A DNA stretch of 63,847 nt, the filler included, from Octopus bimaculoides (taxonomy: Eukaryota): the NCBI RefSeq assembly GCF_001194135.2. It is 6 parts of 6 records of this genome, joined end to end, with 100 filler letters (N's around TTAATTAATTAA, not from the genome) between each part and the next. Parts side by side here need not be neighbours in the genome. Positions count along the whole stretch, not along the records: positions 1 to 25,750 come from NC_068983.1; positions 25,851 to 41,902 come from NC_068992.1; 4 more parts are not named here. One strand, 5' to 3'. A program made the translations under genes and the position numbers. Within the stretch, counting starts at the first letter, position 1, and every line of letters begins with the position of its first letter. The notes beneath the pieces were generated by a model. That model was not told the DNA's origin. It was given only the letters and a program-made list of their open reading frames with translations, and ran no database searches. Below are positions 22,975-33,959 of the stretch, piece by piece.

Positions 22975-24681
22975 ATAAATAAAAAAAAATTTATAAAGTA
23001 ATGAACCCCAGATGATGAAATCACATTCAGTTAAAAATATTTCTAAATATTGTGTACATCAAAAAGTCAATTTTTTTTATTTTACAAAGAGAGCATGAAG
23101 ACAATATGTGTGTGTATATGTCACCGATAGGAAACGTGTGTTTGTGTTGATTGACACGCCATGGCATTCATTATATGTGTGTGTATGTTGTCGTCATGGA
23201 AGCCATGTATTTTTTGCATCAAGAAATAACAAAAATTGTGTTTAATCATTTAAATAGAGGTTCAAATGTCACAAAAATTTTGAGAATAAATATGTAAAAA
23301 AAATTAAGATAAAATATACTATTTCTGATATATTTCAGTTACATCCCTAGAGTTTTAGTATTATCAAGATTGTCGTTATAAAGCTGTTGTTTGGAACATA
23401 ATAAGAGATTCTGATGGCAATCAAGATCACTTTAAAACAGGTAGTTTGTTTCAATGGAATGGGCTCAGGTGGGTTAGTGTCAAAAGGGTGTGTTTATTTT
23501 TGGTTTGGAATAGTGCAATGCTTCTAATTGATTCTGTACATATTTGTAAAGTGATGACAAATCCTTCAAAACCTCACCAAGAATTTTGTGTGCAATTCAG
23601 AATTTTGAAACAATACTGGATTATTTGCAGTCATTTCCTCTTCCCAATATAGCAGCCATGCATTATAAATTCTCTTAAGAATAGTTATAGCAAAACGTCT
23701 TGAAACCATTGGACTTCATTTAAAGGTTTCAACAATAATGTATTACACTGTGAAACATTAGCTAATTCTCAACATTTTCCTTTTCTAAATGATGACCTAC
23801 AAAATATCATATATTTATATATCACAGAATTTCCAAAGTTGCATAATAGGCACTTTCTTCTCTGCCTCATCCAACTGCAAGCCTTCTCTGTAAACGACAC
23901 AATGCTACTTTGATAGATATTTCTCTTTTGTTGTTGTGAGACCACTGCCAGTTATTGTTTCTCTCCAGCATAACATGTATTCCGTTTGATGTTAACATCA
24001 CCTTTCACTGAACATCAAGATTGTTGTGGATGTGAAAATTCTTTATTACCACAACAATGTTGATAGATACTATAATTACGCTTGAAGGACCAGTACAAGA
24101 TTTTCGTTTTCTAGTCTTTGTTTCCTTTACAGTGTGAACATCTTTTTGGATGCGAATATCAATAAATATCAAAGTGTGAAAAGTAGATTCCTTCAACTCA
24201 TCCATTACTTCTCTTAGTCCTGTCTGATACCAGACCAACTGAAACTGCCCTTAATTTTAGGATACAAACTCCCTGTTTTAAAGTGAGCTTAATTATACAG
24301 CAGTTTGTGTGTGTTTATGAGGATATATGTGTATGTGACTGAATATGAACAAATGTGCATGCGTATGTTTGTGTGTATATGTATCTGTGCATGCATTTGT
24401 GTATGTGTGTGTGTGTGTGTGTTAGTGTGCATGTTTGGAAATCCATTTTCTTTGTAGCATAAACAACAAAGTCAGATCGTGAAAGACATTCTGCACAAAA
24501 TTGTAGCAAGTTTTGTTTCTCATAATTTTGAGGTTTTTTCCACACTTTCTTTCTGATATTATTTTATATCCTTGTATTGGATAATTTAATGAAGCAAGGT
24601 GGAAAGAAGGTATTTACATGATGCTCTACAATTACTTTTACATGAGACTCAATGCTCTATATTAACAGCTTACAGTGCAAC

Positions 24682-24835
24682 AGTGGCTGTGTGGTAAGAA
24701 GCGTACTTCCCAACCATATGGTTCTGGCTTCAGTCTCACTGCATGGCACCTTGGGCAAGTGTCTTTTTCTATAGCCTCAGATTGACCAAAGCCTTGTGAG
24801 TGGATTTAGCAGAGAGAAACTGAAAGAAGCCGATA

Positions 24836-24903
<68 letters not shown>

Positions 24904-25080
24904 TCATCATCGCTTGACAACTGATATTGGTGTGTTTATGTCCCTGTAACTTAGCGGTTCAGCAAAAGACAGCGATGGAATAAGTACTATGCTAACAAAG
25001 AATAAGACCTGATTTGTTTGACTAAAGCTAGTGCCCCAGCATGGCCACAATCGCATGACTGAAACAAATAAAAGAAAGAA
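24682..25080 (+). mobile_element. Full-length tRNA-derived SINE family A (CpG-decayed)
   Basis: agtggctgtgtggtaag...ggcaccttgggcaag...(TA)n(TG)n...cttagcggttcagcaaaag...gcatggccac...tgactgaaacaaataaaag. Confidence 0.85.
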
Positions 25081-25229
25081 AGTGAATGGCTTCTCAAGCT
25101 GAACTCTGAATCAAAGTTCTTTAATTTACAACAATGAATCAGTCCACCTTTAATCGTATCTCCCCTTTTTAGAATCAATCTCCCCTATCATCTCCCTTTT
25201 GAGAATTGAACTTTACTCTGAGTTTTAAA

Positions 25230-25705
25230 ATCTCTTACACTTAAGGTTCAAGTCCAGTGTTTGTTCTTTTCTGTTTTCTGGTGCTAGAATGTGTAGTTTC
25301 AAATTGTTTGGGTGTTGGTACCTCAAATATGTTGTACAACACTTCCATGGGGATTTCATTTCTTGTGACTGTTTTTTCCATGAATCTTTATTAAGTTGGT
25401 AAATTTTTTTTTTTCTGTTTGACATTTTTTCCTTTCACTAGGAATATCATTATTTGTTTAATAATTACACTATCTTCCCAGCTTTCTTTACCATATCTAT
25501 AGGTTTTCAAAATAACTTTGTCACCTACCTTCGAGAAGTTTCAAGTAATTTTGCTGTTTGACTTTTTTATATTTTCACTAGGCTTAAGCTTATCAAAAAC
25601 AGATCTGATCTTTCTAGCAAACATCAATTCTGCAGGTGACATTCCCGAAGGTGTATTCGGATTAGGTGTTATTTAGTACACTCTTAGAAATTGTTGAAGT
25701 GCAAA
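25230..25705 (-). mobile_element. Gypsy-type LTR retrotransposon integrase C-terminal remnant (K02A2.6-like)
   Basis: Manual translation FALQQFLRVY*ITPNPNTPSGMSPAELMFARKIRSVFDKLKP...KVGDKVILKTYRYGKESWED; the YRxTP...SPAELMF.RKIR motif follows the integrase core. Confidence 0.85.
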
Positions 25706-25708
25706 ATC

Positions 25709-25750
<42 letters not shown>

Positions 25751-25850
25751 NNNNNNNNNNNNNNNNNNNNNNNNNNNNNNNNNNNNNNNNNNNNTTAATT
25801 AATTAANNNNNNNNNNNNNNNNNNNNNNNNNNNNNNNNNNNNNNNNNNNN
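25751..25850. other. Artificial assembly spacer
   Basis: 44 N + TTAATTAATTAA + 44 N (stop codons in all six frames). Confidence 0.95.
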
Positions 25851-25881
<31 letters not shown>

Positions 25882-26412
25882 TGTAGGTATATATGTGTGC
25901 GTGTTTGTGCATTTTTAAATACATTACACACACACACACACTCATATATATATATATATATATATACATACGAATGTGTGTATTTATACATATGTATTTA
26001 TATGTATGTGTGTGTGCACGTGTGTTCGCTTGTATATATGAATATATATACATATATATGTATGTATATATAAATATGTATATATTGATATATGTATATG
26101 TATATATGTGTGATTATATATATATATATATATATACACATACTCATTTATATATACATGTGTATGTTTCTGTGTTGTGTGTGTGTATGTGTGAGTGTTT
26201 GTGTTTGTATGGGTGTGTGTGTTCTTATATTTATGTGAACGCTTTATGAATACGATTCCTTCTGATGGGCTGGAGAATTTTTCAGTTAATATATTCTGAG
26301 AAGCTTACAATGAAAAGAAATATGGACGATGGAGAAAAGACAAAACTATAAATTGCAGAAAGAAAAACACTAAAAACAAAAGAGAAATATAAGACACGAG
26401 GAAAGGAGGAAA

Positions 26413-26464
<52 letters not shown>

Positions 26465-27186
26465 GAGTGAGGGAGAGTGAGTGAGAGCATAAAAGAGATT
26501 GACCAAAAAAAAGTAAATAGAAAAAAGACAAAAATATTTTAAAGTGAAAGTAAAACGAAAAACAAGAAAATAGCGCAAAACATAAAAAAAGAACGACATG
26601 GAAGAAATGTCTTAAAGTCTTGCTAAGTTGTGCATTGTTACAAATACGGAAAATTCGAGAAAGCAGAGAGAAGTCAATGATACTTCGCTTTTCATGTTGA
26701 ATACAGCTTCATGGCTGACTGAGTTTTAAGTAACAGATTTGGACGTTTAAGCGTTTGTTGGGTCAGAACTGTATGCGGCAGTGTTTGTGGCAATGCATAT
26801 ATATATATACGCATGTATGTATGTGTATGTATGTATGCATGTATGTAGGTATGCATGTATGTATGTATGTATGTATGTTTGTGCGGGTGTATGTATGTGT
26901 GTATGTATGTATGTATGAATGTATGTATGTATGTATGTATATGTATATGTATGTATGCGCATATGTAGATATATACAGTGAGACAGAGAGTATAATTACA
27001 CACATACATTTGTATATACATATATATGTGTGTGTGTCTGTTTGTGTCTATGTNNNNNNNNNNNNNNNNNNNNNNNNNNNNNNNNNNNNNNNNNNNNNNN
27101 NNNNNNNNNNNNNNNNNNNNNNNNNNNNNNNNNNNNNNNNNNNNNNNNNNNNNNNNNNNNNNNNNNNNNNNNNNNNNNNNNNNNNN

Positions 27187-27248
<62 letters not shown>

Positions 27249-27281
27249 CAGACAGACAGACAGACAGACAGACAGACACAC

Positions 27282-27332
<51 letters not shown>

Positions 27333-27347
27333 CAGATAGACAGATAA

Positions 27348-27383
<36 letters not shown>

Positions 27384-27654
27384 GGTAGACATAAATAGAT
27401 GTGTATGGCTAAGATTAGCGGTTCTATATACATAAAACCAGAGAAATTAACTGAATAAAACACTCTCGAGTGAAGAGTCAAGAGGAATTCTTATTGTTGT
27501 TGTTATTGATTTTGTTGTTCTTCTTGTTGATATTATTATTAGATGCATATTGGATGATTATAGATATATTATATCTAAACGTTTACGTATGTAAGTATGT
27601 ATATATGTGAGTGTGTGTATATATATATATTGATGTATATATCTATCTGTATCC

Positions 27655-27707
<53 letters not shown>

Positions 27708-28340
27708 ATTTTCTGCATGTCTATCTATCAACATCTATCTATACATGTCCTTTGTTCTCTTTTTCTCCATCTTCGTATCTATGTATAGATACACACCCGC
27801 ATACACATTAACAGACATTTATAGACATATGAACGTGTGGACAATTCAAGACATGATTACATTTTCAGGAGTTTAAGATTAACTATGGATTGTAAGTAGA
27901 GAAATAATACGTGGTGGGGGGAACGTCACGTGAAATGCACTGATCCGGAATCGAATGAATGAAGGAATGAATATCAATGAGTTTTGGTTTGGACTTTATT
28001 CATTCCATACATGCACAAGGACACACATTGAAATACTTAAGCAAAGGAATAAATACGTCTTACAGTGTATGATATGATACAAACACACACACATGCAAAG
28101 ACAGACCGACACACACACACACATACACAGACAGACACACACACACACACAAATTATATATGTATATCATATATTATATATTAGTCTACTTATCTATCAA
28201 TCTATCTATTCCTCTCTCTCTATATATATATACACACACACATATATAACACATATATATATACATACATATACATACGTGCATGCACGCATATATGTAT
28301 ATGTATGTATGTATATATGTATACTTGTATGTACTTTTAT
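25851..28340. repeat. Microsatellite-rich block: (TG)n, (TA)n, (GA)n, (TATG)n, (GATA)n, (GACA)n
   Basis: Direct reading; source of many spurious low-complexity ORFs. Confidence 0.9.
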
Positions 28341-28343
28341 ATA

Positions 28344-29198
28344 TTGGGACATCCAATAAACAATGCGCTTGTTTGAATGGCATGAACTAAAAGTCGGAGG
28401 GGCAGTGGATAAACTACCTGCATCAACTTGCTTTTAAAGTAGGTAGTAATTGTACCTTGTTCTTATTCTTAGTGCAAGTTTTCAAGAGATCGGTTCGATT
28501 TTAACAGTTATTTTATCAATGCTGTAATGGAAATGAGGAAGGAACATATTCGGCATATTTTGCTTTATGGGTTCAATAAAGACGACAGTGCAACGGAAAG
28601 TGCGAGGTATATTAGTGCAGAATACGGGGATCGAACAATAAGCATAAGGCAGTGTCAACGGTGGTTCCAGAAATTCCGAGCCGTAAACTAAAGCTTAGAA
28701 GACGAGCCACGTCCTGGAAGAGCCGTAGAGCTTGATGAAGACGTCCTGGAAACCCTTCTGGAACAAAATCCCATCGTAACTGTTGAGGAACTAGCAGAGA
28801 AGCTTGGATTTAGTCATTCAACCATTCATCGACACTTGGGAGACACCGGAAAAGTCAGCAAGTTGGGTCTGTGGGTTCCTCACAAACTTTCCAAGTGTAA
28901 TCGCGCGCAGTGAATGAATATGTGCTCTTCTTTGTTGTCACGTCTAATGAATGAATCTTTTCTGGACCGAAAGGTGACTTGTGGCGAGAAATGGGTTCTC
29001 CATAAAAGTGTCAAGCGCCGAATGGAACGGAAAAACACCGGCACCCCAGACTGAAGAAGGTCTTCACCCACGTAAGGTGTTGTTATTTGTTTGGTGGGAT
29101 ATGAAAGGCTTAGTCCACTTTGAACTTTTAAACCCAAACCAAACGATAACGAAGGAGATCTACTGCGAACAGCTTAAGCGGCTTAAGTCAGCGCTAGA
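28344..29198 (+). mobile_element. Mariner (DD34D-type) transposon, 5' end plus transposase pseudogene running into a gap
   Basis: TA followed by TTGGGACATCC... putative TIR; ATG at 28527: MEMRKEHIRHILLY...QCQRWFQKFR..*SLEDEPRPGR...GLWVPHKL...LDRKVTCGEKWVLH...GLHPRKVLLFVWWDMKGLVHFELL. Confidence 0.93.
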
Positions 29199-30187
29199 NN
29201 NNNNNNNNNNNNNNNNNNNNNNNNNNNNNNNNNNNNNNNNNNNNNNNNNNNNNNNNNNNNNNNNNNNNNNNNNNNNNNNNNNNNNNNNNNNNNNNNNNNN
29301 NNNNNNNNNNNNNNNNNNNNNNNNNNNNNNNNNNNNNNNNNNNNNNNNNNNNNNNNNNNNNNNNNNNNNNNNNNNNNNNNNNNNNNNNNNNNNNNNNNNN
29401 NNNNNNNNNNNNNNNNNNNNNNNNNNNNNNNNNNNNNNNNNNNNNNNNNNNNNNNNNNNNNNNNNNNNNNNNNNNNNNNNNNNNNNNNNNNNNNNNNNNN
29501 NNNNNNNNNNNNNNNNNNNNNNNNNNNNNNNNNNNNNNNNNNNNNNNNNNNNNNNNNNNNNNNNNNNNNNNNNNNNNNNNNNNNNNNNNNNNNNNNNNNN
29601 NNNNNNNNNNNNNNNNNNNNNNNNNNNNNNNNNNNNNNNNNNNNNNNNNNNNNNNNNNNNNNNNNNNNNNNNNNNNNNNNNNNNNNNNNNNNNNNNNNNN
29701 NNNNNNNNNNNNNNNNNNNNNNNNNNNNNNNNNNNNNNNNNNNNNNNNNNNNNNNNNNNNNNNNNNNNNNNNNNNNNNNNNNNNNNNNNNNNNNNNNNNN
29801 NNNNNNNNNNNNNNNNNNNNNNNNNNNNNNNNNNNNNNNNNNNNNNNNNNNNNNNNNNNNNNNNNNNNNNNNNNNNNNNNNNNNNNNNNNNNNNNNNNNN
29901 NNNNNNNNNNNNNNNNNNNNNNNNNNNNNNCTGATCAGTTTAACGTAAAACTTGAATGCGAATTGACATCATGACTGGACTGCAATTTGCAAAATAGTCT
30001 TTCATGGCAAGCAGTGTTTAGTAGCGTGTGTTTAGTGGGTGTGTGTTCAAAGTGCTATTATAGACGCCTCCTTCAATCTAGAATAAGAAAATTGGAAGGT
30101 CAGCTTAGTATATGCATAGTAATGATATACTAAAATTAACATAAACGAGGACAGTTATATAACAGCTTCTACTAAAATACCCATGGG

Positions 30188-30570
30188 TGTAGGCGCAGGC
30201 GTTGTTCAGTAGCAAACATTTTTTGCTTCCTGACCACATAGTCTCGGGTTCAATCGCAATCCTTGCAACTCTCGACAATTGTCTTCTACCATAGCTCCGG
30301 CCGACCTTGTCCTTCTGAGCAGATTCGGAAGACAGAAACAGAAACAAGCTCTTCCTATGTATATGAATAAGTCTATCTACGTGTGACTTTTTGCCTGTCC
30401 CCTACAACCGCTTTACAATCGGCATCGGTGTGTTTACATCCCGATAACTTAACAGTACGTCGAAAAAGACTGATAGAATACGTTTTAAGCTTAAAGTTAT
30501 GTAATGGGGTCGGTCAGGTCGACTAAAGAATTTTAAGGCAGCGATGCAGCCAAATGACTGGAATTAATAA
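30188..30570 (+). repeat. Highly decayed SINE family A
   Basis: Degenerate head ...gggttcaatc...ttgtcttctaccatagc and tail catcggtgtgtttacatccc...gatagaata...ggggtcg. Confidence 0.6.
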
Positions 30571-30607
30571 CGGATAAAAGAATATATAATTAATATCCTT
30601 TCTAATA

Positions 30608-30815
30608 AGGCGGTGACCGGACAGAAACGTTAGCACGTCTGGCGAAATGCTTAGCGGTATTTCGTCTGCTTTTTCGTTGAGTTCAAATTCCGCCGAAGTC
30701 GACTCTGCCTTTCCTCTTTTCAGAGTCGATAAATTAAGTACCAGTTGCATATTAGAGTCGACTGGTCCCCTCTCCAACAATTTCGGACCTTGTACCTAGA
30801 GTAGAAAAGAATATT
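30608..30815 (+). repeat. tRNA-derived SINE family B
   Basis: aaggcgg...gaaacgttagcacg...gaaatgcttagcggtatttcgtc...gagttcaaattccgccg (B box). Confidence 0.8.
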
Positions 30816-30928
30816 CAAAGCCACTTCAACATGGCTATCCTTTCGAACGGATTCTATCGGACAGATAGCCGTGTTGAAGTACAACTACACCGTTGATCTC
30901 TTAGAGCGACTTTAGAAAAATAAATAGA

Positions 30929-31171
30929 AGTGGCTGTGTGGTAAGTAGCTTGCTTACCAACCGCATGGTTCCGGGTTCAGTCCCACTGCGTGGCACCTTG
31001 GGCAAGTATCTTCTACTATAGCCTCGGGCCAAACAAAGACTTGTGAGTGGATTTGGTAGACAGAAACTGAAAGAAAGCTGTCGTAAATATGTATAGCCTA
31101 ATACTTATTCTATCGGTGTCTACGGGGACGTAAACACACCAGCATCGGTTCTCCAGTGATGCTAGGGGGAA
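30929..31171 (+). repeat. SINE family A (CpG intact), truncated by a gap
   Basis: agtggctgtgtggtaagtagcttgcttaccaaccgcatggttccgggttcagtcccactgcgtggcaccttgggcaag, followed by a reverse-oriented tail piece. Confidence 0.85.
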
Positions 31172-32700
31172 NNNNNNNNNNNNNNNNNNNNNNNNNNNNN
31201 NNNNNNNNNNNNNNNNNNNNNNNNNNNNNNNNNNNNNNNNNNNNNNNNNNNNNNNNNNNNNNNNNNNNNNNNNNNNNNNNNNNNNNNNNNNNNNNNNNNN
31301 NNNNNNNNNNNNNNNNNNNNNNNNNNNNNNNNNNNNNNNNNNNNNNNNNNNNNNNNNNNNNNNNNNNNNNNNNNNNNNNNNNNNNNNNNNNNNNNNNNNN
31401 NNNNNNNNNNNNNNNNNNNNNNNNNNNNNNNNNNNNNNNNNNNNNNNNNNNNNNNNNNNNNNNNNNNNNNNNNNNNNNNNNNNNNNNNNNNNNNNNNNNN
31501 NNNNNNNNNNNNNNNNNNNNNNNNNNNNNNNNNNNNNNNNNNNNNNNNNNNNNNNNNNNNNNNNNNNNNNNNNNNNNNNNNNNNNNNNNNNNNNNNNNNN
31601 NNNNNNNNNNNNNNNNNNNNNNNNNNNNNNNNNNNNNNNNNNNNNNNNNNNNNNNNNNNNNNNNNNNNNNNNNNNNNNNNNNNNNNNNNNNNNNNNNNNN
31701 NNNNNNNNNNNNNNNNNNNNNNNNNNNNNNNNNNNNNNNNNNNNNNNNNNNNNNNNNNNNNNNNNNNNNNNNNNNNNNNNNNNNNNNNNNNNNNNNNNNN
31801 NNNNNNNNNNNNNNNNNNNNNNNNNNNNNNNNNNNNNNNNNNNNNNNNNNNNNNNNNNNNNNNNNNNNNNNNNNNNNNNNNNNNNNNNNNNNNNNNNNNN
31901 NNNNNNNNNNNNNNNNNNNNNNNNNNNNNNNNNNNNNNNNNNNNNNNNNNNNNNNNNNNNNNNNNNNNNNNNNNNNNNNNNNNNNNNTATATATATATAT
32001 ATATATTGTGTGTATGTGCGTGTGTGTAAGTATGTATGTATATGTGTGCATGTGTGTGGTTGTGTATACGTTTACATGTCGGTGTCTATATACATGCGCA
32101 TGCATTCGTTCCCGTGTGTCATTAAGCTAACGAACGGCAATAAATTGGGTACATTCCTGCTTTAGTGTCCAATAAATATGATGATGAATAATTTAACCAG
32201 AAAACTTGATAGCTGTCACTATTGAATTATAGTATTTAACGCCAAGTAATAGTTCACCAGGCATGAGAAAATACACTTTACTGGTTCAAATTATATTAAA
32301 CTCCACATGACNNNNNNNNNNNNNNNNNNNNNNNNNNNNNNNNNNNNNNNNNNNNNNNNNNNNNNNNNNNNNNNNNNNNNNNNNNNNNNNNNNNNNNNNN
32401 NNNNNNNNNNNNNNNNNNNNNNNNNNNNNNNNNNNNNNNNNNNNNNNNNNNNNNNNNNNNNNNNNNNNNNNNNNNNNNNNNNNNNNNNNNNNNNNNNNNN
32501 NNNNNNNNNNNNNNNNNNNNNNNNNNNNNNNNNNNNNNNNNNNNNNNNNNNNNNNNNNNNNNNNNNNNNNNNNNNNNNNNNNNNNNNNNNNNNNNNNNNN
32601 NNNNNNNNNNNNNNNNNNNNNNNNNNNNNNNNNNNNNNNNNNNNNNNNNNNNNNNNNNNNNNNNNNNNNNNNNNNNNNNNNNNNNNNNTTCTTATATTTA

Positions 32701-32737
<37 letters not shown>

Positions 32738-32741
32738 GCAG

Positions 32742-32783
<42 letters not shown>

Positions 32784-32820
32784 GCATATACACATATACA
32801 TACATACAGTTACACATACT

Positions 32821-32852
<32 letters not shown>

Positions 32853-32871
32853 CAAACTGGCATATACACGG

Positions 32872-32902
<31 letters not shown>

Positions 32903-32917
32903 CGTGTGTGTGTGTGT

Positions 32918-32963
<46 letters not shown>

Positions 32964-33610
32964 GTGCAGGCGCTGCTATGGGGTAAGAATCTCGCTTCCG
33001 AAACATGTCTTACGTTGAGACCCACGGCTATGCATCTGGAGCTAAGTTTTTCCACTATACCTCCTAGCAAACTGAAGCTATGTCGGAGGATACAGACTCA
33101 CACAAACACATACACATACACATATAAAGATAGATGTTATTGCAACTGAAGCTGAGTTTTTGTTTCACCTCTAGAGTGTCAGGGTAATGTGATCATCAGG
33201 CGAAAGTGCTCAAATCAATATCCGTTTATGTAAATAGAAGTTTCAGGAAGGTGGAAGCTGTTAACAAGAAATTTCAAGCCAGACGAGGAAAAAAATACGA
33301 GGGCTTACCGTAAATAAATTTAAAAGAAACGAAAAAGTAAATGAAAAATGTTTGTCAACGAATTCCCCAGGTAAATAAAAGAAAAACGAAAGAAATCCAA
33401 AACAATGAAAATAAGTACAACTTGAACAGAAAAGACAAGAAAAAGAAGCAATGGTGATGAAAGGTGGAGATGTATACTTATATATGCATACAAACATATA
33501 CACACAGGCATACCTACACATATTCATACATACATACACACACACATATATACGACTGGCTTTTATCTGTTTCCGTCTATTAAGTTCATTCACAAAGCTT
33601 TGGCCAGCTC

Positions 33611-33768
33611 AGAGAGAGAAAGACAGACAGACAAACAGACAAACAGACAGACAGAGAGTGACAGAGAGACAGAGAGGCAGACAGACAGACAGATAGATAG
33701 ATACAGAGAGGTGTACCAAACATACACACATCTCTTAGTTTCTCTGTCTCTCCCTCTTTCCCTCTTCA

Positions 33769-33811
<43 letters not shown>

Positions 33812-33883
33812 GTGTATGTTTGGTACACCTCTGTGTATCTATCTATCTGTCTGTCTGTTTGTCTGTCTCTCTCTCGGTCACTC

Positions 33884-33914
<31 letters not shown>

Positions 33915-33925
33915 CTCTCTCTCTG
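33611..33925. repeat. Inverted duplication of ~115 bp built from GACA/GATA repeats plus a unique core
   Basis: The core gatacagagaggtgtaccaaacatacaca at about 33700-33728 is mirrored by tgtgtatgtttggtacacctctgtgtatc at 33811-33839, and the flanking repeat order is also mirrored. Confidence 0.85.

Positions 33926-33959
<34 letters not shown>

Noticed and set aside
24005-24238. Minus ORF with a moderately coding look (an alternative frame gives YQHCCGNKEF)
   Set aside because: All frames are interrupted by stops and no family motif is recognisable; probably a decayed element.
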